Below are positions 31,527 through 40,995 of a DNA stretch of 60,623 nt, one piece after another (the stretch's first letter is position 1; each line of letters opens with the position of its first letter). Source of the DNA: Pseudomonadota bacterium (GTDB taxonomy: Bacteria > Pseudomonadota > Alphaproteobacteria > UBA9219 > RGZA01); the NCBI GenBank assembly GCA_048498415.1, contig JBEHYA010000001.1:1-60623 (forward strand), read 5' to 3'. A program made the position numbers and the translations under genes. The notes beneath the pieces were generated by a model that was not told the DNA's origin, did no database searches, and saw only the letters and a list, made by a program, of their open reading frames with translations.

Positions 31527-32133
31527 CTATTTCCTTCCCTTCCTCAAGGGCTTCCTGCTGATGGGCTCGGTGATTTTTGCCGTGGGCCCGCAGAACGCGA
31601 TGCTCATCCGGCAGGGGCTGCGGCGGGAACACCCGCTGCTGATCGCCGCTATTTTCACGCTGTGCGATTTTTTGCTCATCACCCTCGGCGTTGTTGGCGT
31701 GGGCCAGCATATCGCCAAGATCGTGTGGCTGCGGGCCATTATTATCTATGGCGGCGCGGCTTTTCTTTTCTGGTTTGCCGCCAGGGCGTTTTACGCGGCA
31801 TGGCGCGGCGGGCAGGATTTAAGCCAAACCCACATCGCTTCGCGCGGCACATTGATTGCCACGGCCTTGGCGGTCAGCCTTCTCAATCCCGGCGCGATCA
31901 TCGATACGGTTGTGATTATCGGCTCGGTCTCCAGTAAATATCCGCTGCAAAGCGCGGTTGCTTTCGGCCTTGGCGCGCAGGTTTTTTCACTTCTGTTTTT
32001 CTTTCTGCTTGCCGCGTTCACACGCCATTTTGCGCCGGTTCTAAATAACCCCACCGTATGGCGCATGATCGATGTTGGTGTGGGGCTGATTACAGTATGG
32101 ATCGGGTTGCATCTGTTGTTTCTTGAATTTTAG
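31519..32133 (+). CDS. LysE/ArgO family basic amino-acid exporter
   Basis: 204 aa with about six TM helices. N-terminal ...GSVIFAVGPQNAMLIRQG... is the typical LysE/ArgO signature. Confidence 0.85.
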   Translation: MADYFLPFLKGFLLMGSVIFAVGPQNAMLIRQGLRREHPLLIAAIFTLCDFLLITLGVVGVGQHIAKIVWLRAIIIYGGAAFLFWFAARAFYAAWRGGQDLSQTHIASRGTLIATALAVSLLNPGAIIDTVVIIGSVSSKYPLQSAVAFGLGAQVFSLLFFFLLAAFTRHFAPVLNNPTVWRMIDVGVGLITVWIGLHLLFLEF

Positions 32134-32286
32134 AGGGGAACCAAGGATTTCCGGGCAAAGGCTGTAATCGCCGATCGTAAGATTAACTAAGCTTACCAGC
32201 AGAAAAATTGTAATTCCTCCCGGCCTGTCGTAGCCTTTGTGCAGACAAGCATTTTTTAAATCGCATTTCACCGCCGGAGAATTTTT

Positions 32287-33489
32287 ATGGCCGATCCTTT
32301 ATCCATCAAAGTTGCGCCCGAACTGGGCCTGCTCAGCGAAGCGATTGAAGTTTTTCAAACGGCGCGGCCATCGTATTACCGCGGCGGCGGCGATTCCGTG
32401 ACGCGTGCGCTGGAAGCGGCGCTTACCCAGTATATCGGCGGCACGCATTGTGTGGTCATGCCCTCCGGCCAGGCGGCGAATGCCTGTACGCTCAGCGCGC
32501 TGATGCCGCCCGGCGGGCGCGGGCATGCGTTTGTCTCCAGCCGTTTGTTCGGCACCACGGGCGTATTGGTCAAGCAGGCGTTTCAGCAGGCGGGCTATGA
32601 AATCACGCATTTCGATCCCGGCAGCGTTGCAAATCTTCGCGTGCGCCCTGATACCAAAGTTATTTTCACCGAAACCTCCAGCAACCCGGAAGGCGTGGTG
32701 GCCGATCTCGATCCGCTTTCAAAGCTGGCCCGTGCGCATAATATTCCGCTGGTGGTCGATCACACGCTCACCGCCGGCTTTGCAGGCTTCGATCCCTTTG
32801 AATATGCCGATGTCGCTACCGTCTCGCTCACCAAGCAGGCGGGCGGCGGTTTGAACCGCGCGGCGGGTGGCGTGATTTTGCTGAACGACCGCTTTGACTG
32901 GGACGCGCAGGCGGAGAAATTCGAAATATTTAACCGCTATTATCTCAATGGCGGTAAAGTTGTGCTGCCGCAGCAGCCGTTCGGTGCAGTGCTGCGCAAA
33001 ATCGCGACATGGCAAGGTACATGCGTATCGCCGATGCACGTAGCGGAAGAAATCATCGCGGAATTACCCGGGCTGCAGGATCGCGTGACCGCCATGCGCA
33101 ACAACGCCAGAGAATTGGCGATGCGTTTGATGCAACATCCTGGTGTGGACCAGGTGCGTCTGGCCGGTACTGACTCTGCGGCCAATTCGATGCGCGCTTG
33201 GAAGTATTTTGCCGGCAGCGGCTTCGTGCTTTTCCTTGATATCAAATATGCCGAAAGCCAGTTGCCGCGTTTCATTGAAAAAATCCAGCGCGATGGAGTG
33301 GTCAGTCATTCCGTGCAGCTCGGCCAGCGGCAAACCGCCGTGGTCGTGCCGGGCCATACTACCAACCGGCAGGCCAGCCTTGAAGATCTGGCCGCCCGTG
33401 GCATGAACAAAACCAGCATCCGCGTCTCGGTGGGTGTGGAACGCCCCGATGTGATCTGGCCGCATTTCGAAGAAGCGTTAAAGCTTTAA
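32287..33489 (+). CDS. divergent Cys/Met-metabolism (trans-sulfuration family) PLP-dependent enzyme
   Basis: 400 aa with a fold-type I gamma-family layout: ...PSGQAANA.., ..ETSSNPEG.., PLVVDHTLT, SLTKQAGGG (PLP-Lys position) and C-terminal ...IRVSVGVERPDVIWPHFEEAL. Substrate not inferable. Confidence 0.7.
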   Translation: MADPLSIKVAPELGLLSEAIEVFQTARPSYYRGGGDSVTRALEAALTQYIGGTHCVVMPSGQAANACTLSALMPPGGRGHAFVSSRLFGTTGVLVKQAFQQAGYEITHFDPGSVANLRVRPDTKVIFTETSSNPEGVVADLDPLSKLARAHNIPLVVDHTLTAGFAGFDPFEYADVATVSLTKQAGGGLNRAAGGVILLNDRFDWDAQAEKFEIFNRYYLNGGKVVLPQQPFGAVLRKIATWQGTCVSPMHVAEEIIAELPGLQDRVTAMRNNARELAMRLMQHPGVDQVRLAGTDSAANSMRAWKYFAGSGFVLFLDIKYAESQLPRFIEKIQRDGVVSHSVQLGQRQTAVVVPGHTTNRQASLEDLAARGMNKTSIRVSVGVERPDVIWPHFEEALKL

Positions 33490-34133
33490 AGCCGGTACTG
33501 CCTGATTTTGTCGGCCGCTACTTCCACCGCATCACGCTGGCGCAAACGCTTGGCCTGGCCCGCGCTGATAAGCGGATAATGCCGGCCGGCATCCAAAGTT
33601 GCCGCCATATCCCAGCAGTGATCGGCATTCGTGACCCATTCCTTCGCCTCATAATCCGATAAATCGAACGGGGCGGAATAGGCGCGTAAGGTTTTTTTGG
33701 CGCCCGTCACATATTCATGAAAATACGACATCACGAGTTCACGCACGCTTGTGTAAACCGGGTCACGCCAGCGCAGCCAGATGTGATTGCTTTTCGAAAT
33801 CGCGCCCCAGTAGCGGCCCTCACGGAACGGCGCGATGACATGGTCGGCATCATCCTGTGTGGCCTGCAGATCAATCAGCAGCGGCCTGGCGCCGTTCATC
33901 CATAGCGCACAGGCCGCAATGAAGGCGGCTTCAATGCAATGCGCCTTTTTGCGTTTCAAGGCGGTGGCCACGGAATAACAGGTATCCCCCTGCGGCTCCA
34001 GGTTTGCCGGGAGCGCGGTAATAAAATCCTGAATTGTGGCGGGCGTATCGAGCTTTGCCAGCAACGTCGCGTGGTTTTCCGATAAGCCAAGCTGGCGGGC
34101 AAACGCGATGCGGGCGGAAAGGCTGCGGGGCAT
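33486..34133 (-). CDS. hypothetical protein; possible papain-like (transglutaminase/NAT-like) Cys-His fold
   Basis: 215 aa with KKAHCIEAAFIAACALWMNG followed about 30 aa later by DDADHVIAPFREGRYWGAISKSN, which resembles the Cys...His...Asp/Asn spacing of transglutaminase-like enzymes. Weak, motif-level only. Confidence 0.35.
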   Translation of the reverse strand: MPRSLSARIAFARQLGLSENHATLLAKLDTPATIQDFITALPANLEPQGDTCYSVATALKRKKAHCIEAAFIAACALWMNGARPLLIDLQATQDDADHVIAPFREGRYWGAISKSNHIWLRWRDPVYTSVRELVMSYFHEYVTGAKKTLRAYSAPFDLSDYEAKEWVTNADHCWDMAATLDAGRHYPLISAGQAKRLRQRDAVEVAADKIRQYRL

Positions 34134-34271
34134 TTTTTAAATCTAGCCGCATGCCATGGCAGACGCCACGAATATTAATCCCTGCATTCACGCCAAAAAA
34201 TTCGCCATGTTGATAAAGATGGCCAATCAATTATAAATCAAGGGAACACCGGCATTGATCAAGAGAACATA

Positions 34272-35447
34272 ATGGCCCTCGCGACCACCCCTGCACAGCT
34301 TGCCAACCCCAAAGGTTTTAAAACCTGCGTGACCAACGTGGGCATCAAGAACAGCGATGACGACTTTGTCTGCATTTTCTCGGAAATGCCCTGCGCGTCC
34401 GCCGCCGTATTCACGCAAAGCCGCTTTGCCGGGGCGAGCGTGACCTTAAGCCGCCAGCACGCTGCCAAAGGCAATGCGCGCGCGATTATTGCCATCTCCA
34501 AAAATTCAAATGTTGCCACCGGCGCCAGGGGCGCCGCAGATGCGCTGGAAATCGTGAAAGGCGTGGGCGCGGCGCTGAATATTCCAGCTGAACAGGTGCT
34601 CATTGCCTCCACCGGCGTCATCGGCCGGCTTTATCCCATGGAACGCATCATGCCGCAGGTGAAAAAACTGGGCGGCCAGATGGGCCCGGCTGATTTCGCC
34701 CATGCCGCGCGCGGCATCATGACAACCGATACCGTCTCCAAGCAGGCAAGCGTCAAGGTGGGGGGCGCCACCATCACCGGCATCGCCAAGGGCGTCGGCA
34801 TGATCGAGCCGAACATGGCAACCCTTCTCACGTTTTTCATGACCGATGCGAAAATCGAGGCCACAGCGCTGGATGCGATGTTCCGCCGCGTCGTCAACCG
34901 CACCTTCAACTGCCTGAGCGTGGACAGCGATACCTCCACCAGCGATACCGCCATTATTTTGGCCAATGGCGCCGCGGGCGCGGTGGATGAAAAAGCATTT
35001 GAAACCGCGCTTACCGAACTTGCCACGCATTTAGTAAAGACCATCGCCCGCGACGGGGAAGGGGCGACCAAGCTATTGGAAGTCACCGTGGATGGCGCGC
35101 GCGACGATGCGCAGGCCAAGCGCGTGGCCAAATCCATTTTGAACTCGCCTTTGGTAAAAACCGCCATTCACGGCGCCGATCCCAACTGGGGCCGGGTCGG
35201 CATGGCGATCGGCAAGTGCGAAAGCGATACCGACATCAGCCCGGAAAAATGCGTCATCCGTTTCGGTGCGATGGAAGTCTACCCGCGCCTGCTGAATGAT
35301 GCCGCGCTGGCGGAACTTACCCGGCAGCTCAAAGAGGAATTCGTCAAAATCCATGTGAGCCTGGGCATTGCCACAGGCGCCGCAACCGTCTGGGGCTGCG
35401 ATCTGTCGGCTGAATATGTGAAGATCAACGGGGAATACACCACATGA
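34272..35447 (+). CDS. argJ: bifunctional ornithine acetyltransferase / N-acetylglutamate synthase
   Basis: 391 aa with the autoprocessing site ...EPNMATLLTFFMTDA and conserved ..IMTTDT.., NPNWGR and a GEYTT end. Confidence 0.94.
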   Translation: MALATTPAQLANPKGFKTCVTNVGIKNSDDDFVCIFSEMPCASAAVFTQSRFAGASVTLSRQHAAKGNARAIIAISKNSNVATGARGAADALEIVKGVGAALNIPAEQVLIASTGVIGRLYPMERIMPQVKKLGGQMGPADFAHAARGIMTTDTVSKQASVKVGGATITGIAKGVGMIEPNMATLLTFFMTDAKIEATALDAMFRRVVNRTFNCLSVDSDTSTSDTAIILANGAAGAVDEKAFETALTELATHLVKTIARDGEGATKLLEVTVDGARDDAQAKRVAKSILNSPLVKTAIHGADPNWGRVGMAIGKCESDTDISPEKCVIRFGAMEVYPRLLNDAALAELTRQLKEEFVKIHVSLGIATGAATVWGCDLSAEYVKINGEYTT

Positions 35448-36061
35448 ACCGCAACCTGCTTTCATTCATCCGCGCCGCCGGCTGGGCGCTTGCCATGGTG
35501 GCCTTTGTGGCCGCCCTGGCGCTGGGTTTTGCGGTCGATAAAAAAAATCCCATCATGCCGTATTCGGAAGGGCTAAGCGGCATCGGCGGCGCGTTTGTCA
35601 TGCGCGATACGCATGGCAAACCGTTTACCGACAAGGATTTAAAGGGCAAGCCCACCGTCATGTTCTTTGGCTATACCACCTGCCCGGATATCTGCCCCAC
35701 TACGCTCACTGAAATGAGTACCTGGCTCACCCGCCTTGGCGGGGATGCCAGCAAGATCAATGTGGTGTTCGTCTCCATCGATCCCGCGCGCGATACGCCC
35801 GAACAAATGGGCCGCTATCTGGCCCTGTTTGATAAGCGCATCATCGGCCTTACCGGCTCGCCGGCAGAACTGGCGATCATGGCCAAGGCCTATCGCATTT
35901 ATTATAAGGCCGAGCCGCTCGGCAACGATAACTACACGATGGATCATACCGCCAGCATCTATCTGCTGAACGGCAAGCAGCAACTGGTCGGCACCATCGA
36001 CTATCACGAGAATGACGAGATCGCGTTCGGCAAAATTCAGCGCCTTGCCAGCTCGCATTAA
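35444..36061 (+). CDS. SCO1/SenC family copper chaperone (thioredoxin fold)
   Basis: N-terminal membrane anchor, CPDICP metal-binding motif and a downstream ..DHTASIYL.. His. ATGA overlap with argJ. Confidence 0.9.
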   Translation: MNRNLLSFIRAAGWALAMVAFVAALALGFAVDKKNPIMPYSEGLSGIGGAFVMRDTHGKPFTDKDLKGKPTVMFFGYTTCPDICPTTLTEMSTWLTRLGGDASKINVVFVSIDPARDTPEQMGRYLALFDKRIIGLTGSPAELAIMAKAYRIYYKAEPLGNDNYTMDHTASIYLLNGKQQLVGTIDYHENDEIAFGKIQRLASSH

Positions 36062-36216
36062 CGCGCGCCTTCTGAAAATAAATCAAAAACGATTTCGTGT
36101 GATCTGCGCCACTCGCGCGGCGCATTCGCACAGCAAAAGCAGGTTTTTTGTGTTATAATAAGCTTATTAATTTTTGAGTTTCGTTCATTCGGTTCCATTT
36201 TTTAAAGGCTGCGCGC

Positions 36217-37335
36217 ATGACATTAAGCGAACGACTCGATGCTGCCGGCCGCGCCTACGATGATTATCTGGCGGCGCCGCACAACATCCATGTCGCCCCC
36301 GCTTATGGTCAGGTGAAGCGCGATCCCGCCAATCCGTCCTATGTGGCGATGCCGCCCGCGCGGGAAGCCCGCGCCAAAGCAGAAAAATGGTATATCGACC
36401 CGGACGAACTTCGTGCGCTAGGCCCCGCGCAGTTCGTGACGCTGGACAAGCGCCCGGTGCTTGAAAATATCAATGGCTATAAAAATCCCTATGGCCCTAC
36501 CGGCCTGAAGGGCCCCGGCGTGCTTGGCGTTGGCTACGATGATCAGGGCCGGCCCATTCCGGAAAACCGGGCGGTGGATGTGGTGTTGCAATTCATCAGC
36601 CCGATTGATGGGCGCATCAAATTCATTGGCGGCACGCGCACCGATACGCATCAGCCCTGTTTTATCGGCGGGTTTGTCGGTGAAGATGTCATTAAAGCCG
36701 CCGCCCGCGAATTTATTGAAGAAGCCATCAGCGGCTCCTTAAAGCTGGAAGAAATTGCGCCACGCCTTGCTGCCGCGCATAAACGCGCCCACGCGGGCGA
36801 GCCGCTTAAGCAAGGTGATTGGGATGCCATGCAAAGCTATGGCATCCAACCCAAACATATTCTGGGCGATGCCGGCGAGATTATCGGGCGTGTGATTGCG
36901 CATGATGACCCGGCGTTTGTTAAGGCCATCATCGATTATTTCGGCCAAAATCTGAAGATAGCCTATGAAGGCCCCTGCCGGGCCGATCCCCGCACGACCG
37001 ATGACCGCTGGTTAGCCACCACGCTCTATACCGGGCTTATTGACCTGGGGGCGGTCGAAAAGCTTTTGCAGGGCCGCGTTTTCCCATACCGCCTCGCGGC
37101 GGGCAGTGATCTGGAAAAACTGTCGTTTCATGATTTTGGTCCGGCATTTGTGAAAAACGCCTTTGGCGATCATGGTGCGTTCGCGTGCATCGCTACCGCG
37201 CATAATCTGGAGAAGCTACGCGATATTACGCCGACGATGACCCGGCAATGTGAAGACGTGATTGCCTCATTGCCCATTCCGGCACGCGGGATTGGCCCCC
37301 GCCGCGATCTGGACACGCGCCCGGCTCTGGTTTAG
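36217..37335 (+). CDS. NUDT9-like Nudix-fold protein (ADP-ribose pyrophosphatase family) with insertions
   Basis: Blocks align by eye to NUDT9: NPYGPTGLKGPGVLG (cf. NPAGRTGLVGRGLLG); FIGGFVGEDVIKAAAREFIEEA (Nudix box with EX7REFXEE intact but G-X4-E instead of G-X5-E); YEGPCRADPRTTDDRWLAT (cf. YKGYVDDPRNTDNAWMET). Confidence 0.6.
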   Translation: MTLSERLDAAGRAYDDYLAAPHNIHVAPAYGQVKRDPANPSYVAMPPAREARAKAEKWYIDPDELRALGPAQFVTLDKRPVLENINGYKNPYGPTGLKGPGVLGVGYDDQGRPIPENRAVDVVLQFISPIDGRIKFIGGTRTDTHQPCFIGGFVGEDVIKAAAREFIEEAISGSLKLEEIAPRLAAAHKRAHAGEPLKQGDWDAMQSYGIQPKHILGDAGEIIGRVIAHDDPAFVKAIIDYFGQNLKIAYEGPCRADPRTTDDRWLATTLYTGLIDLGAVEKLLQGRVFPYRLAAGSDLEKLSFHDFGPAFVKNAFGDHGAFACIATAHNLEKLRDITPTMTRQCEDVIASLPIPARGIGPRRDLDTRPALV

Positions 37336-38390
37336 GCGGCTTTCTTCAGCGAAGCGATATCAATCACGAAGCGGTATTTCACATCGCTCTTCAGCATGCG
37401 CTCATACGCTTTATTGATATCCTGAATGTTGATGACTTCCACATCGCACACAATGTTGTGCTTGCCGCAGAAATCCAGCATCTCCTGCGTCTCTTTAATG
37501 CCGCCGATGACCGAGCCCGCAATCGTCTTGCGGCCCATGATCAGGCTGGCGCCCGAGACGTCTTTCAGGTCGTTGAGCGAACCCACCACCACCTGCGTGC
37601 TATCGCGTTTTAATAACGCGGTATAGGCGTTCAGGTTATGGCCCACGGGAATGGTATTGAGCAAAAAGTCGAAGCTGGCGGCATGCTTTTCCATCTGCTT
37701 CGCATCCTTGGAAATCAGCACCTCATCGGCGCCTAATTTCCGCGCGTCATCCGCTTTGTCGGGCGAAGTCGTGATCATCACTACATAGGCGCCCATGGCA
37801 TGCGCGAATTTCACGCCCATATGGCCGAGGCCCCCAAGACCAATCACGCCTACCTTCATGCCCTTGCCGACCTTCCAGTGCTTCAACGGCGAATAGGTGG
37901 TAATGCCCGCGCACAGCAGCGGCGCGGCGGCTTTCAAATCCAGATTATCCGGAATACGCACCACATAATTTTCATCCACGGTGATGCGTTCGGAATAACC
38001 GCCAAACGTCATGCCGCCGTATTTTTTATCTTCGCTGTTATAGGTGCCGGTAAAACCGTTTTCGCAATATTGCTCAATGCCCTGCTGGCATGCCGAGCAG
38101 CGGCGGCAGGAATCCACAAAGCAGCCCACGCCAACCGTATCGCCCACTTTGAACTTGGTGACCTTGGCGCCCACTTTCGTCACGCGGCCCAGAATTTCGT
38201 GGCCTGGCACCATCGGGTACAGGGAATCACCGCCCCATTCATTGCGCGCCTGGTGAATATCCGAATGGCACACGCCGCAATACAGAATATCGATGCCCAC
38301 ATCTTCCGGCCCAACCTCGCGGCGATCAATGCGGTACGGTGCGATCGGGGATTTTTCGTTTTGTGCGGCGTAAGCGGCGGTATTGGGCAT
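37332..38390 (-). CDS. zinc-type NAD(P)-dependent alcohol dehydrogenase (cinnamyl-ADH/YahK-like)
   Basis: GVCHSDIH, the structural-Zn Cys cluster C..C..C..G....C, GIGGLGHMG Rossmann motif and a C-terminal YRFVIDI. ATG at 38390 follows GAGG. Confidence 0.9.
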   Translation of the reverse strand: MPNTAAYAAQNEKSPIAPYRIDRREVGPEDVGIDILYCGVCHSDIHQARNEWGGDSLYPMVPGHEILGRVTKVGAKVTKFKVGDTVGVGCFVDSCRRCSACQQGIEQYCENGFTGTYNSEDKKYGGMTFGGYSERITVDENYVVRIPDNLDLKAAAPLLCAGITTYSPLKHWKVGKGMKVGVIGLGGLGHMGVKFAHAMGAYVVMITTSPDKADDARKLGADEVLISKDAKQMEKHAASFDFLLNTIPVGHNLNAYTALLKRDSTQVVVGSLNDLKDVSGASLIMGRKTIAGSVIGGIKETQEMLDFCGKHNIVCDVEVINIQDINKAYERMLKSDVKYRFVIDIASLKKAA

Positions 38391-38484
38391 GTGAACCTCT
38401 AGGCGTTGAGTGGGCGAGGGGAGGGATGCCTGCAATATAAGCCGTCATCTGGCTTTCTCAAGTCAAAGATCGTATATTTTTGTT

Positions 38485-39216
38485 ATGGCGCGAAAAGCAG
38501 CGAAAACCGAAACCAATCATATCGCGATCAGCGGCTCCTCCTATACCTATGCCATCACGCGCACCCGCCGCCGCAGTCTGTGCGTGATGTTTGATGGCGT
38601 TAAAGGCTTCCGCGTACTGGCGCCTTTTCGCGCCACATCGCCCGCCATCCAGCATTTTCTCAATCGCCATCACGACTGGCTCGCCAAGCGTTTGGTGGAA
38701 GGCGCGGCGCTGCAGGAAAAAATAAAAAGCGAATACGCGCATGGCGCCCACGTGCCGTATTTAGGCGAAAAACTGGAACTGGTTTTAAGCGAAGGCAAGG
38801 CCGGCTGCACGCAGGTTGAAAACCGGTTGCATATCACCGGCGCAAACCTGAACCCTGACGATATCCGCCTCGATCTCACGCGCTTTTACAAACAACGCGC
38901 GCGCGAGATTATCAAAACCAGGCTGGATGAATGGGCCCACGCCATGGGCGTTACCTATAAAACCCTTCGCTTCAGCAGCGCCCGCCGCCGCTGGGGCAGT
39001 TGCAGCCATGATAATGAAATTCGCATCAACTGGCGTATCATTATGGCGGCGCCAGAGCTCATCGATTATCTGCTGGTGCACGAACTTGCCCATATCCGTC
39101 ACAAAAATCACGGCCCCCGCTTCTGGCGCTGCGTGGAAGAAGCGCTGCCGGAAAGCAGAATGCTGCGCGCGCAGCTCCGCGCGGTGGAAGGCGAATATTT
39201 AAACCGGCTGCGCTGA
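38485..39216 (+). CDS. YgjP-like (DUF45/M48 family) zinc metallopeptidase
   Basis: HExxH in LLVHELAHIRHKNHGPRFW, plus ..RRWGSCS.. typical of DUF45. First ATG is at 38485. Confidence 0.8.
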   Translation: MARKAAKTETNHIAISGSSYTYAITRTRRRSLCVMFDGVKGFRVLAPFRATSPAIQHFLNRHHDWLAKRLVEGAALQEKIKSEYAHGAHVPYLGEKLELVLSEGKAGCTQVENRLHITGANLNPDDIRLDLTRFYKQRAREIIKTRLDEWAHAMGVTYKTLRFSSARRRWGSCSHDNEIRINWRIIMAAPELIDYLLVHELAHIRHKNHGPRFWRCVEEALPESRMLRAQLRAVEGEYLNRLR

Positions 39217-39957
39217 TTACTTGGCGGGCTTGGAGAGCATGCTCTCCAGCTCCTGCACCGCATCAAAAAAGCCGCGCTTGGTCTCGGCCATGTAGGGGTT
39301 GTCTTTCTCAATCGCGCGGAACAGTTCGTCACTGTCATAGCGCACCAGTTCCACCAGCTCCTGCAATAAATCGAATGTTTTAGTGGTCTGCTGCATGGGC
39401 GGCAGCTTCATCGTCACAAAAATCTTGGCAATCATGTGCGTGAGGCCCTGCACATAGGCCATTTCGCGGTCATGCTGCTCAGGCGTGGTGGGAATGGTAT
39501 TGAGGCCAAGGCCTTTCAGGAACTTTTCCAGGCACGCCCCGCGGCCGCCCCGCACATCGCAGATGGCGATATTGAGATTATGAATGCCATGCTTGCCGCT
39601 TTGCGGGCCAAACAGCGGGTGCAGGCTGGCGATATCGACAAAATCCGGCAGGGTTTTAAGAAGAATTTGCGTCGGCAACGTTTTGACGGATGCCACATCC
39701 ATCACCAGCTGGCCCTTCTTTACTTTGCTTTTAATCTGGTCGGCCACGCTTTGCAGGGTGGGCACGGGCGTCGCAATCACCACCACATCGCAGGCACATA
39801 CATCATCCAGTGTGCCGGCCTTTACATTATAGATGGCGGTCACCGGTTTCAGGTCGCGTTTGTTATCGAACACCACGACGTTGAAATAGGGCGTGACATA
39901 TTTCAGCATGAACTCGCCGAACGCGCCGATTCCGATAATGCCAAGCGACTGATTCAT
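39217..39957 (-). CDS. prephenate/arogenate dehydrogenase family protein
   Basis: N-terminal Rossmann LGIIGIGAFGEF, ..ASVK.. and ..HPLFGP.. motifs. ATG at 39957; the track start at 39972 is TTG. Confidence 0.82.
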   Translation of the reverse strand: MNQSLGIIGIGAFGEFMLKYVTPYFNVVVFDNKRDLKPVTAIYNVKAGTLDDVCACDVVVIATPVPTLQSVADQIKSKVKKGQLVMDVASVKTLPTQILLKTLPDFVDIASLHPLFGPQSGKHGIHNLNIAICDVRGGRGACLEKFLKGLGLNTIPTTPEQHDREMAYVQGLTHMIAKIFVTMKLPPMQQTTKTFDLLQELVELVRYDSDELFRAIEKDNPYMAETKRGFFDAVQELESMLSKPAK

Positions 39958-40077
39958 TAATCCCCGCAACAATTGAATGGAAAAGCAGAATAAACGCTAA
40001 GATTATAAAAGCGAATAGCCTTTTTATGCCGCTTTAAGGCGCACTGCCTCGCTTTTCCACTCAAAAAGCCGAAACTC

Positions 40078-40995
40078 ATGACAACCGCCTACGACATCGT
40101 CATCAACGCCAGCGCCGGCACCGTGCTGCAACTGGGCCGCGAACTGATCGAACAGAAAATCACCGACAGCGCCATTGAGACCAACGGCGTGCATTTCATG
40201 GAAGCTGCCGATATCACGGCCAAGCTGCGCGCACTCAAAAAAGCCAAAGCCAATATTCTGCTAATGGGTGGCGATGGCACGGTGGCGGGGGCGGTTGCCG
40301 AATTCATGGATGGGGGGCAGGGCTTCGGCATTCTGCCCATGGGCACCATGAACCTGCTCGCGCGCGATCTCAAAATCCCGCTCACCATTGATGGCGCTTT
40401 GAAAGCCTATGCGCGCGGCTTTAAGCCGGTGAAGATTGATGTGGCGCTGGTCAATGATAATCCGTTTCTGTGCTGCGCGGCGATTGGTGTGATGCCGGAG
40501 GCCGCCGAGCTTCGCGAACAAAACCGCGGCGCATCGCCCGTTGTGCTTATTCCGCAGCTCGCCATGTTCGTCTTCAACGAACTCGATCCCATGAAGCGCC
40601 GGCGCCTGCGCGTGAACATGGATGGCAAGCAGCGCTTCCTGCAGGCTTCCGCGCTGATCATCTCCAATAACCTTTTCAGCGAAGATGAAGGGGGGGATGA
40701 CGGCTTCAAAAAAGAAACGCTGCAGGGCGGCAAGCTGGGGCTTTACAGCATCGCCCCCTTTACCTGGTGGGATAAACTGCGCTTTTTAACGCTGCTGCGC
40801 GTTGGCGGCTGGAAGAAAGATTCCGTGGTGGTCGAACGCGTGGCGCGCGATGCCATCGTGCGTACCGGCCGCCGCATAGAAAAAATCTCGCTGGATGGCG
40901 AGACGATGGATCTGAAAACGCCGCTGCATTTTTCCATCAAGCGCCGTTCCGCCGCCATGCTGGTGCCATTACCGGAGGAGGTGGGGACGACATGA
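40078..40995 (+). CDS. diacylglycerol-kinase-fold lipid kinase (YegS/BmrU family)
   Basis: DAGK catalytic domain with the MGGDGTV motif and ..LPMGTMNLLARDL... 305 aa. Confidence 0.75.
   Translation: MTTAYDIVINASAGTVLQLGRELIEQKITDSAIETNGVHFMEAADITAKLRALKKAKANILLMGGDGTVAGAVAEFMDGGQGFGILPMGTMNLLARDLKIPLTIDGALKAYARGFKPVKIDVALVNDNPFLCCAAIGVMPEAAELREQNRGASPVVLIPQLAMFVFNELDPMKRRRLRVNMDGKQRFLQASALIISNNLFSEDEGGDDGFKKETLQGGKLGLYSIAPFTWWDKLRFLTLLRVGGWKKDSVVVERVARDAIVRTGRRIEKISLDGETMDLKTPLHFSIKRRSAAMLVPLPEEVGTT

Noticed and set aside
32134-32286. SAM-II-type riboswitch upstream of the trans-sulfuration-family gene
   Set aside because: The context would fit, but I could not recognise the conserved pseudoknot elements with confidence. 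A covariance-model scan (Rfam SAM-II and SAM-V) is needed, so it is not reported as a feature.
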